From positions 31,558,001 to 31,622,000 of the forward strand of contig OZ024744.1 in the NCBI GenBank assembly GCA_964016885.1: a DNA stretch of 64,000 nt, read 5' to 3'. Below, in pieces: positions 1-13,700 of this stretch. Positions within the stretch are counted from its first letter, which is position 1. The number at the start of each line of letters is the position of its first letter. A program made the position numbers and the translations under genes. The notes beneath the pieces are model-generated. The model did not search any database, was not told the DNA's origin, and was given only the letters and a program-made list of their open reading frames with translations. The DNA is from Eledone cirrhosa. Lineage: Eukaryota.

Positions 1-350
1 TTCATGGCCAACTGAGATATTGCTAAACCCAGTGTTATCTAATGTCCTATGTCATGACCACCTGAGACGTTGGTATACCCAGTACTAACGAATGTCCTCT
101 GTCATGGCCAACTGAGACATTGGTAAACCCAGTATAAACTAATGACCTATGTCATGGCCAACTGAGACGTTAGTAAACCCAGTACTAACTAATGTCCTAT
201 GTCATGGCCAACTGAGACGTTGGTAAATCCAGTACTAACTAATGTCCTCTCTCATGACCAACTGAGACGTTGGTAAACCCAGTACTAACTAATGTTCTCT
301 GTCATGGCCAACTGAGACGTAGGTAAACCCAGTACTAACTAATGTCCTAT

Positions 351-3300
351 GTCATGCCCAACTGAGACATTGGTAAACCCAGTACTAACTAATGTCCTAT
401 GTCATGGCTAACTGAGACGTTGGTAAATCCAGTACTAACTAATGTCCTCTCTCATGACCAACTGAGACGTTGGTAAACCCAGTACTAACTAATGTCCTAT
501 GTCATGACCAACTGAGACGTTGGTAAACCCAGTAGTAACTAATGTCCTCTGTTATGGCCAACTGAGACATTCGTAAACCCAGTACTAACTAATGTCCTCT
601 GTCATGGCCAACTGAGACATTGGTAAATCCAGTACTAACTAATGTCCTCTCTCATGGCCAACTGAGACGTTGGTAAACCCAGTATTATCTAATGTCCTAT
701 GTCATGGCCAACTGAGACGATGGTAAACCCAGTACTAAATAATGTCCTCTGTCATGGCCAACTGAGACATTGGTAAACCCAGTACTAACTAATGTCCTAT
801 GTCATGGCCAACTGAGACATTGGTACACCCAGTACTTTCTAATGTCCTATGTCATGGCACACTGAGACGTTGGTAAACCCAGTACTAATTAATGTCCTCT
901 CTCATGGCCAACTGAGACGTTGGTAAACCCAGTACTAACTAATGTCCTCTTTCATAGCCAACTGAGACGTAGGTAAACCCAGTACAAACCATTGTCCTCT
1001 GTCATGGCCAACTGAGACATTGGTAAACCCAGTACTAACTAATGTCCTATGTCATGGCCAACTGAGACATTGGTACACCCAGTACTTTCTAATGTCCTAT
1101 GTCATGGCACACTGAGACGTTGGTAAACCCAGTACTAACTAATGTCCTCTCTCATGGCCAACTGAGACGTTGGTAAACCCAGTACTAACTAATGTCCTCT
1201 TTCATGGCCAACTGAGTCGTTGGTAAACCCAGTACTAACTAATGTCCTCTGTTATTGCCAAATGAGAGATTGGTAAACCCAGTACTAACTAATGTCCTAT
1301 GTCATGACCAACTGAGACATTGGTAAACCCAGTACTAACTAATGTCCTCTCTCATGACCAACTGAGACGTTGGTAAAGCCAGTACAAACTAATGTTCTCT
1401 GTCATGGCCAACTGACACGTAGGTAAACCCAGTACTAACTAATGTCCTATGTCATCGCCAACTGAGACGTTGGTAAACCCAGTACTAACTAATGTCCTAT
1501 GTCATGACCAACTGAGACGTTGGTAAACCCAGTACTAACTAATGTCCTCTGTCATGGCCAACTTAGACGTAGGTAAACCCAGTACTAACTAATGTCCTCT
1601 GTCATGGCCAACTGAGACGTTGGTAAACCCAGTACTAACTAATGTCCTCTGTCATTAACAACTGAGACGTAGGTAAACCCAGTACTAACTAATGTCCTAT
1701 GTCATGGCCAACTGAGACGTTGGTAAACCCAGTATTAACTAATGTCCTATGTCATGACCAACTGAGACATTGGTAAACCCAGTACTAACTAATGTCCTAT
1801 GTCATGGCCAACTGAGACGTTGGTAAACTCAGTACTAACTAATGTCTTATGTCTTGGCCAACTGAGACATTGGTAAACCCAGTACTAACTAATGTCCTCT
1901 GTCATGGCCAACCGAGACGGTGGTAAACCCAGTACTAACTAATGTCCTCTGTCATGGACAACGGAGACGTTGGTAAACCCAGTACTAACTAATGTCCTAT
2001 GTCATGACCATCTGAGACATTGGTAAACCCAGTACTAACTAATGTCCTCTCTCATGGCCAACTGAGACGTTGGTAAACCCAGTACAAACTAATGTCCTCT
2101 GTCATGGCCAACTGAGAGATTGGTAAACCCAGTACTAACTAATGTCCTCTGTCATGGTCAACTGAGACATTGGTAAACCCAGTACTAACTAATGTCCTAT
2201 GTCATGGTTAACTGAGACGTTGGTAAACTCAATACTAACTAATGTCCTCTGTCATGGCCAACTGAGACATTGGTAAACCCAGTACTAACTAATGTCCTCT
2301 GTCATGACCAAATGAGATATTGGTAAACCCATTACTAACTAATGTCCTATGTCATGGCCAACTGAGACGTTGGTAAATCCAGTACTAACTAATGTCCTAT
2401 GTCATGGCCAACTGAGACGATGGTAAACCCAGTACTAAATAATGTCCTCTGCCATGGCCAACTGAAACATTGGTAAACCCAGTACTAACTAATGTCCTAT
2501 GTCATGGCCAACTGAGACATTGGTAAACCCAGTACTATCTAATGTCCTATGTCATGGCACACTGAGACGTTGGTAAAACCAGTACTAATTAATGTCCTCT
2601 CTCATGGCCAACTGAGACGATGGTAAACCCAGTACTAAATAATGTCCTCTGTCATGGCCAACTGAGACATTGGTAAACCCAGTACTAACTAATGTCCTCT
2701 GTCATGGCCAACTGAGCCGTTGGTAAACCCAGTACTATCTAATGTCCTATGTCATGACCAACTGAGACATTCGTAAACCCAATACTAACTAATGTCCTCT
2801 GTTATGGCCAACTGAGAGATTGGTAAACCCAGTACTAACTAATGTCCTATGTCATGACCAACTGAGACATTGGTAAACCCAGTACTAACTAATGTCCTAT
2901 GTCATTGCCAACTGTGACGTTGGTAAACCCAGTACTAACTAATGTCCTCTGTCATGGCCAACTGAGACATTGGTAAACCCAGTACTAACTAATGTCCTAT
3001 GTCATGGCCAACTGAGACATTGGTAAACCCAGTACTAACTAATGTCCTCTGTCATGGCCAACTGAGACATTCGTAAACCCAGTACTAACTAATGTCCTCT
3101 GTTATGGCCAACTGAGAGATTGGTAAACCCAGTACTAACAAATGTCCTATGTCATGACCAACTGAGACATTGGTAAACCCAGTACTAAGTAATGTCCTAT
3201 GTCATTGCCAACTGAGACGTTGGTAAACCCAGTACTAACTAATGTCCTCTGTCATGGCCAACTGAGACGTAGGTAAACCCAGTACTAACTAATGTCCTCT

Positions 3301-6300
3301 GTCATGGCCAACTGAGACATTCGTAAACCCAGTACTAACTAATGTCCTATGTCATGCCCAACTGAGACATTGGTAAACCCAGTACTAACTAATGTCCTAT
3401 GTCATGGCTAACTGAGACGTTGGTAAATCCAGTACTAACTAATGTCCTCTCTCATGACCAACTGAGACGTTGGTAAACCCAGTACTAACTAATGTCCTAT
3501 GTCATGACCAACTGAGACGTTGGTAAACCCAGTAGTAACTAATGTCCTCTGTTATGGCCAACTGAGACATTCGTAAACCCAGTACTAACTAATGTCCTCT
3601 GTCATGGCCAACTGAGAGATTGGTAAATCCAGTACTAACTAATGTCCTCTCTCATGGCCAACTGAGACGTTGGTAAACCCAGTATTATCTAATGTCCTAT
3701 GTCATGGCCAACTTAGACGATGGTAAACCCAGTACTAAATAATGTCCTCTGTCATGGCCAACTGAGACATTGGTAAACCCAGTACTAACTAATGTCCTAT
3801 GTCATGGCCAACTGAGACATTGGTACACCCAGTACTTTCTAATGTCCTATGTCATGGCACACTGAGACGTTGGTAAACCCAGTACTAATTAATGTCCTCT
3901 CTCATGGCCAACTGAGACGTTGGTAAACCCAGTACTAACTAATGTCCTCTTTCATAGCCAACTGAGACGTAGGTAAACCCAGTACAAACCATTGTCCTCT
4001 GTCATGGCCAACTGAGACATTGGTAAACCCAGTACTAACTAATGTCCTATGTCATGGCCAACTGAGACATTGGAACACCCAGTACTTTCTAATGTCCTAT
4101 GTCATGGCACACTGAGACGTTGGTAAACCCAGTACTAACTAATGTCCTCTCTCATGGCCAACTGAGACGTTGGTAAACCCAGTACTAACTAATGTCCTCT
4201 GTCATGGCCAACTGAGTCGTTGGTAAACCCAGTACTAACTAATGTCCTCTGTTATGGCCAAATGAGAGATTGGTAAACCCAGTACTAACTAATGTCCTAT
4301 GTCATGACCAACTGAGACATTGGTAAACCCAGTACTAACTAATGTCCTCTGTCATAGCCAACTGAGACATTGGTAAACCCAGTACTAACTAATGTCCTAT
4401 GTCATGGCCAACTGAGACGTTGGTAAATCCAGTACTAACTAATGTCCTCTCTCATGACCAACTGAGACGTTGGTAAAGCCAGTACAAACTAATGTTCTCT
4501 GTCATGGCCAACTGACACGTAGGTAAACCCAGTACTAACTAATGTCCTATGTCATCGCCAACTGAGACGTTGGTAAACCCAGTACTAACTAATGTCCTAT
4601 GTCATGACCAACTGAGACGTTGGTAAACCCAGTACTAACTAATGTCCTCTGTCATGGCCAACTTAGACGTAGGTAAACCCAGTACTAACTAATGTCCTCT
4701 GTCATGGCCAACTGAGACGTTGGTAAACCCAGTACTAACTAATGTCCTCTGTCATTAACAACTGAGACGTAGGTAAACCCAGTACTAACTAATGTCCTAT
4801 GTCATGGCCAACTGAGACGTTGGTAAACCCAGTATTAACTAATGTCCTATGTCATGACCAACTGAGACATTGGTAAACCCAGTACTAACTAATGTCCTAT
4901 GTCATGGCCAACTGAGACGTTGGTAAACTCAGTACTAACTAATGTCTTATGTCTTGGCCAACTGAGACATTGGTAAACCCAGTACTAACTAATGTCCTCT
5001 GTCATGGCCAACCGAGACGGTGGTAAACCCAGTACTAACTAATGTCCTCTGTCATGGCCAACGGAGACGTTGGTAAACCCAGTACTAACTAATGTCCTAT
5101 GTCATGACCATCTGAGACATTGGTAAACCCAGTACTAACTAATGTCCTCTCTCATGGCCAACTGAGACGTTGGTAAACCCAGTACAAACTAATGTCCTCT
5201 GTCATGGCCAACTGAGAGATTGGTAAACCCAGTACTAACTAATGTCCTCTGTCATGGTCAACTGAGACATTGGTAAACCCAGTACTAACTAATGTCCTAT
5301 GTCATGGTTAACTGAGACGTTGGTAAACTCAATACTAACTAATGTCCTCTGTCATGGCCAACTGAGACATTGGTAAACCCAGTACTAACTAATGTCCTAT
5401 GTCATGACCAAATGAGATATTGGTAAACCCATTACTAACTAATGTCCTATGTCATGGCCAACTGAGACCTTGGTAAACTCAGTACTAACTAATGTCTTAT
5501 GTCTTGGCCAACTGAGACATTGGTAAACCCAGTACTAACTAATGTCCTCTGTCATGGCCAACCGAGACGGTGGTAAACCCAGTACTAACTAATGTCCTAT
5601 GTCATGGCCAACTGAGACGATGGTAAACCCAGTACTAAATAATGTCCTCTGCCATGGCCAACTGAAACATTGGTAAACCCAGTACTAACTAATGTCCTAT
5701 GTCATGGCCAACTGAGACATTGGTAAACCCAGTACTATCTAATGTCCTATGTCATGGCACACTGAGACGTTGGTAAAACCAGTACTAATTAATGTCCTCT
5801 CTCATGGCCAACTGAGACGATGGTAAACCCAGTACTAAATAATGTCCTCTGTCATGGCCAACTGAGACATTGGTAAACCCAGTACTAACTAATGTCCTCT
5901 GTCATGGCCAACTGAGCCGTTGGTAAACCCAGTACTATCTAATGTCCTATGTCATGACCAACTGAGACATTCGTAAACCCAATACTAACTAATGTCCTCT
6001 GTTATGGCCAACTGAGAGATTGGTAAACCCAGTACTAACTAATGTCCTATGTCATGACCAACTGAGACATTGGTAAACCCAGTACTAACTAATGTCCTAT
6101 GTCATTGCCAACTGTGACGTTGGTAAACCCAGTACTAACTAATGTCCTCTGTCATGGCCAACTGAGACATTCGTAAACCCAGTACTAACTAATGTCCTCT
6201 GTTATGGCCAACTGAGAGATTGGTAAACCCAGTACTAACAAATGTCCTATGTCATGACCAACTGAGACATTGGTAAACCCAGTACTAAGTAATGTCCTAT

Positions 6301-9300
6301 GTCATTGCCAACTGAGACGTTGGTAAACCCAGTACTAACTAATGTCCTCTGTCATGGCCAACTGAGACGTAGGTAAACCCAGTACTAACTAATGTCCTCT
6401 GTCATGGCCAACTGAGACATTCGTAAACCCAGTACTAACTAATGTCCTATGTCATGCCCAACTGAGACATTGGTAAACCCAGTACTAACTAATGTCCTAT
6501 GTCATGGCTAACTGAGACGTTGGTAAATCCAGTACTAACTAATGTCCTCTCTCATGACCAACTGAGACGTTGGTAAACCCAGTACTAACTAATGTCCTAT
6601 GTCATGACCAACTGAGACGTTGGTAAACCCAGTAGTAACTAATGTCCTCTGTTATGGCCAACTGAGACATTCGTAAACCCAGTACTAACTAATGTCCTCT
6701 GTCATGGCCAACTGAGAGATTGGTAAATCCAGTACTAACTAATGTCCTCTCTCATGGCCAACTGAGACGTTGGTAAACCCAGTATTATCTAATGTCCTAT
6801 GTCATGGCCAACTTAGACGATGGTAAACCCAGTACTAAATAATGTCCTCTGTCATGGCCAACTGAGACATTGGTAAACCCAGTACTAACTAATGTCCTAT
6901 GTCATGGCCAACTGAGACATTGGTACACCCAGTACTTTCTAATGTCCTATGTCATGGCACACTGAGACGTTGGTAAACCCAGTACTAATTAATGTCCTCT
7001 CTCATGGCCAACTGAGACGTTGGTAAACCCAGTACTAACTAATGTCCTCTTTCATAGCCAACTGAGACGTAGGTAAACCCAGTACAAACCATTGTCCTCT
7101 GTCATGGCCAACTGAGACATTGGTAAACCCAGTACTAACTAATGTCCTATGTCATGGCCAACTGAGACATTGGAACACCCAGTACTTTCTAATGTCCTAT
7201 GTCATGGCACACTGAGACGTTGGTAAACCCAGTACTAACTAATGTCCTCTCTCATGGCCAACTGAGACGTTGGTAAACCCAGTACTAACTAATGTCCTCT
7301 GTCATGGCCAACTGAGTCGTTGGTAAACCCAGTACTAACTAATGTCCTCTGTTATGGCCAAATGAGAGATTGGTAAACCCAGTACTAACTAATGTCCTAT
7401 GTCATGACCAACTGAGACATTGGTAAACCCAGTACTAACTAATGTCCTCTGTCATAGCCAACTGAGACATTGGTAAACCCAGTACTAACTAATGTCCTAT
7501 GTCATGGCCAACTGAGACGTTGGTAAATCCAGTACTAACTAATGTCCTCTCTCATGACCAACTGAGACGTTGGTAAAGCCAGTACAAACTAATGTTCTCT
7601 GTCATGGCCAACTGACACGTAGGTAAACCCAGTACTAACTAATGTCCTATGTCATCGCCAACTGAGACGTTGGTAAACCCAGTACTAACTAATGTCCTAT
7701 GTCATGACCAACTGAGACGTTGGTAAACCCAGTACTAACTAATGTCCTCTGTCATGGCCAACTTAGACGTAGGTAAACCCAGTACTAACTAATGTCCTCT
7801 GTCATGGCCAACTGAGACGTTGGTAAACCCAGTACTAACTAATGTCCTCTGTCATTAACAACTGAGACGTAGGTAAACCCAGTACTAACTAATGTCCTAT
7901 GTCATGGCCAACTGAGACGTTGGTAAACCCAGTATTAACTAATGTCCTATGTCATGACCAACTGAGACATTGGTAAACCCAGTACTAACTAATGTCCTAT
8001 GTCATGGCCAACTGAGACGTTGGTAAACTCAGTACTAACTAATGTCTTATGTCTTGGCCAACTGAGACATTGGTAAACCCAGTACTAACTAATGTCCTCT
8101 GTCATGGCCAACCGAGACGGTGGTAAACCCAGTACTAACTAATGTCCTCTGTCATGGCCAACGGAGACGTTGGTAAACCCAGTACTAACTAATGTCCTAT
8201 GTCATGACCATCTGAGACATTGGTAAACCCAGTACTAACTAATGTCCTCTCTCATGGCCAACTGAGACGTTGGTAAACCCAGTACAAACTAATGTCCTCT
8301 GTCATGGCCAACTGAGAGATTGGTAAACCCAGTACTAACTAATGTCCTCTGTCATGGTCAACTGAGACATTGGTAAACCCAGTACTAACTAATGTCCTAT
8401 GTCATGGTTAACTGAGACGTTGGTAAACTCAATACTAACTAATGTCCTCTGTCATGGCCAACTGAGACATTGGTAAACCCAGTACTAACTAATGTCCTAT
8501 GTCATGACCAAATGAGATATTGGTAAACCCATTACTAACTAATGTCCTATGTCATGGCCAACTGAGACCTTGGTAAACTCAGTACTAACTAATGTCTTAT
8601 GTCTTGGCCAACTGAGACATTGGTAAACCCAGTACTAACTAATGTCCTCTGTCATGGCCAACCGAGACGGTGGTAAACCCAGTACTAACTAATGTCCTAT
8701 GTCATGGCCAACTGAGACGATGGTAAACCCAGTACTAAATAATGTCCTCTGCCATGGCCAACTGAAACATTGGTAAACCCAGTACTAACTAATGTCCTAT
8801 GTCATGGCCAACTGAGACATTGGTAAACCCAGTACTATCTAATGTCCTATGTCATGGCACACTGAGACGTTGGTAAAACCAGTACTAATTAATGTCCTCT
8901 CTCATGGCCAACTGAGACGATGGTAAACCCAGTACTAAATAATGTCCTCTGTCATGGCCAACTGAGACATTGGTAAACCCAGTACTAACTAATGTCCTCT
9001 GTCATGGCCAACTGAGCCGTTGGTAAACCCAGTACTATCTAATGTCCTATGTCATGACCAACTGAGACATTCGTAAACCCAATACTAACTAATGTCCTCT
9101 GTTATGGCCAACTGAGAGATTGGTAAACCCAGTACTAACTAATGTCCTATGTCATGACCAACTGAGACATTGGTAAACCCAGTACTAACTAATGTCCTAT
9201 GTCATTGCCAACTGTGACGTTGGTAAACCCAGTACTAACTAATGTCCTCTGTCATGGCCAACTGAGACATTGGTAAACCCAGTACTAACTAATGTCCTAT

Positions 9301-9540
9301 GTCATGGCCAACTGAGACATTGGTAAACCCAGTACTAACTAATGTCCTCTGTCATGGCCAACTGAGACATTCGTAAACCCAGTACTAACTAATGTCCTCT
9401 GTTATGGCCAACTGAGAGATTGGTAAACCCAGTACTAACAAATGTCCTATGTCATGACCAACTGAGACATTGGTAAACCCAGTACTAAGTAATGTCCTAT
9501 GTCATTGCCAACTGAGACGTTGGTAAACCCAGTACTAACT
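351..9540. repeat. Higher-order block A: three copies, period 3000 then 3100 bp (60/62 monomers)
   Basis: Diagnostic variant 'agtagtaact' at 531, 3531 and 6631; 'tacacccagtactttct' monomers at ~821, 3821 and 6921. Boundaries approximate. Confidence 0.9.
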
Positions 9541-10799
9541 AATGTCCTCTGTCATAGCCAACTGAGACATTGTTAAACCCAGTACTAACTAATGTCCTAT
9601 GTCATGGCCAACTGAGACGTTGGTAAATCCAGTACTAACTAATGTCCTCTCTCATGACCAACTGAGACGTTGGTAAACCCAGTACAAACTAATGTTCTCT
9701 GTCATGGCCAACTGACACGTAGGTAAACCCAGTACTAACTAATGTCCTCTGTCATGGCCAACTGAGCCGTTGGTAAACCCAGTACTATCTAATGTCCTAT
9801 GTCATGACCAACTGAGACGTTGGTAAACCCAGTACTAACTAATGTCCTCTGTCATGGCCAACTGAGACATTCGTAAACCCAGTACTAACTAATGTCCTCT
9901 GTTATGGCCAACTGAGAGATTGGTAAACCCAGTACTAACTAATGTCCTAGGTCATGACCAACTGAGACATTGGTAAACCCAGTACTAACTAATGTCCTAT
10001 GTCATTGCCAACTGTGACGTTGGTAAACCCAGTACTAGCTAATGTCCTCTGTCATGGCCAACTGAGAGATTGGTAAACCCAGTACTAACTAATGTCCTAT
10101 GTCATGGCCAACTGAGACATTGGTAAACCCAGTACTAACTAATGTCCTCTGTCATGGCCAACTGAGACATTCGTAAACCCAGTACTAACTAATGTCCTCT
10201 GTTATGGCCAACTGAGAGATTGGTAAACCCAGTACTAACTAATGTCCTATGTCATGACCAACTGAGACATTGGTAAACCCAGTACTAAGGAATGTCCTAT
10301 GTCATTGCCAACTGAGACGTTGGTAAACCCAGTACTAACTAATGTCCTCTGTCATAGCCAACTGAGACATTGTTAAACCCAGTACTAACTAATGTCCTAT
10401 GTCATGGCCAACTGAGACGTTGGTAAATCCAGTACTAACTAATGTCCTCTCTCATGACCAACTGAGACGTTGGTAAACCCAGTACTAACTAATGTCCTCT
10501 GTCATAGCCAACTGAGACATTGTTAAACCCAGTACTAACTAATGTCCTATGTCATGGCCAACTGAGACGTTGGTAAATCCAGTACTAACTAATGTCCTCT
10601 CTCATGACCAACTGAGAGATTGGTAAACCCAGTACTAACTAATGTCCTAGGTCATGACCAACTGAGACATTGGTAAACCCAGTACTAACTAATGTCCTAT
10701 GTCATTGCCAACTGTGACGTTGGTAAACCCAGTACTAGCTAATGTCCTCTGTCATGGCCAACTGAGACATTGGTAAACCCAGTACTAACTAATGTCCTA

Positions 10800-13700
10800 T
10801 GTCATGGCCAACTGAGACATTGGTAAACCCAGTACTAACTAATGTCCTCTGTCATGGCCAACTGAGACATTCGTAAACCCAGTACTAACTAATGTCCTCT
10901 GTTATGGCCAACTGAGAGATTGGTAAACCCAGTACTAACTAATGTCCTATGTCATGACCAACTGAGACATTGGTAAACCCAGTACTAAGTAATGTCCTAT
11001 GTCATTGCCAACTGTGACGTTGGTAAACCCAGTACTAGCTAATGTCCTCTGTCATGGCCAACTGAGACATTGGTAAACCCAGTACTAACTAATGTCCTAT
11101 GTCATGGCCAACTGAGACATTGGTAAACCCAGTACTAACTAATGTCCTCTGTCATGGCCAACTGAGACATTCGTAAACCCAGTACTAACTAATGTCCTCT
11201 GTTATGGCCAACTGAGAGATTGGGAAACCCAGTACTAAGTAATGTCCTATGTCATTGCCAACTGAGACGTTGGTAAACCCAGTACTAACTAATGTCCTAT
11301 GTCATCGCCAACTGAGACGTTGGTAAACCCAGTACTAACTAATGTCCTATGTCATGACCAACTGAGACGTTGGTAAACCCAGTACTAACTAATGTCCTCT
11401 GTCATGGCCAACTTAGACGTAGGTAAACCCAGTACTAACTAATGTCCTCTGTCATGCCCAACTGAGACGTTGGTAAACCCAGTACTAACTAATGTCCTCT
11501 GTCATTAACAACTGAGACGTAGGTAAACCCAGTACTAACTAATGTCCTATGTCATGGCCAACTGAGACGTTGGTAAACCCAGTATTAACTAATGTCCTAT
11601 GTCATGACCAACTGAGACATTGGTAAACCCAGTACTAACTAATGTCCTATGTCATGTCCAACTGAGACGTTGGTAAACCCAGTACTAACTAATGTCTTAT
11701 GTCATGGCCAATTGAGACATTGGTAAACCCAGTACTAACTAATGTCCTCTGTCATGGCCAACCGAGACGGTGGTAAACCCAGTACTAACTAATGTCCTCT
11801 GTCATAGCCAACTGAGACGTAGGTAAACCCAGTACTAACTAATGTCCTCTGTCATGACCAACTGAGATATTGCTAAACCCAGTGTTATCTAATGTCCTAT
11901 GTCATGACCAACTGAGACGTTGGTATACCCAGTACTAACGAATGCCTCTGTCATGGCCAACTGAGACATTGTTAAACCCAGTATAAACTAATGACCTATG
12001 TCATGGCCAACTGAGACGTTGGTAAACCCAGTACTAATTAATGTCCTCTCTCATGGCCAACTGAGACGATGGTAAACCCAGTACTAACTAATGTCCTCTG
12101 TCATAGCCAACTGAGACATTGTTAAACCCAGTACTAACTAATGTCCTATGTCATGGCCAACTGAGACGTTGGTAAATCCAGTACTAACTAATGTCCTCTC
12201 TCATGACCAACTGAGACGTTGGTAAACCCAGTACAAACTAATGTTCTCTGTCATGGCCAACTGACACGTAGGTAAACCCAGTACTAACTAATGTCCTATG
12301 TCATCGCCAACTGAGACGTTGGTAAACCCAGTACTAACTAATGTCCTATGTCATGACCAACTGAGACGTTGGTAAACCCAGTACTAACTAATGTCCTCTG
12401 TCATGGCCAACTTAGACGTAGGTAAACCCAGTACTAACTAATGTCCTCTGTCATGGCCAACTGAGACGTTGGTAAACCCAGTACTAACTAATGTCCTCTG
12501 TCATTAACATCTGAGACGTAGGTAAACCCAGTATTAACTAATGTCCTATGTCATGACCAACTGAGACATTGGTAAACCCAGTACTAACTAATGTCCGATG
12601 TCATGGCCAACTGAGACGTTGGTAAACCCAGTACTAACTAATGTCTTATGTCATGCCCAACTGAGACATTGGTAAACCCAGTACTAACTAATGTCCTCTG
12701 TCATGGCCAACCGAGACGGTGGTATACCCAATACTAACTAATGTCCTCTGTCATAGCCAACTGAGACGTAGGTAAACCCAGTACTAACTAATGTCCTCTG
12801 TCATGGCCACCTGAGACGTTGGTAAACCCAGTACTAACTAATGTCCTCTGTCATGACCAACTGAGATATTGCTAAACCCAGTGTTATCTAATGTCCTATG
12901 TCATGACCAACTGAGACGTTGGTATACCCAGTACTAACGAATGCCTCTGTCATGGCCAACTGAGACATTGTTAAACCCAGTATAAACTAATGACCTATGT
13001 CATGGCCAACCGAGACGTTGGTAAACCCAGTACTAATTAATGTCCTCTCTCATGGCCAACTGAGACGATGGTAAACCCAGTACTAAATAATGTCCTCTGT
13101 CATGGCCAACTGAGCCGTTGGTAAACCCAGTACTATCTAATGTCCTATGTCATGACCAACTGAGACGATGGTAAACCCAGTACTAAATAATGTCCTCTGC
13201 CATGGCCAACTGAAACATTGGTAAACCCAGTACTAACTAATGTCCTATGTCATGGCCAACTGAGCCGTTGGTAAACCCAGTACTATCTAATGTCCTATAT
13301 CATGACCAACTGAGACGTTGGTAAACCCAGTACTAACTAATGTCCTCTCTCATGGCCAACTGAGACATTCGTAAACCCAGTACTAACTAATGTCCTCTGT
13401 TATGGCCAACTGAGAGATTGGTAAACCCAGTAGTAACTAGTGTCCTATGTCATGACCAACTGAGACATTGGTAAGCCCAGTAATAACTAATGTCCTATGT
13501 CATTGCCAACTGAGACGTTGGTAAACCCAGTACTAACTAATGTCCTCTGTCATGGCCAACTGAGACATTGGTAAACCCAGTACTAACTAATGTCCTATGT
13601 CATGACCAACTGAGACATTGGTAAACCCAGTACTAACTAATGTCCTATGACATGGCCAACTGAGACGTTGGTAAATCCAGTACTAACTAATGTCCTCTCT

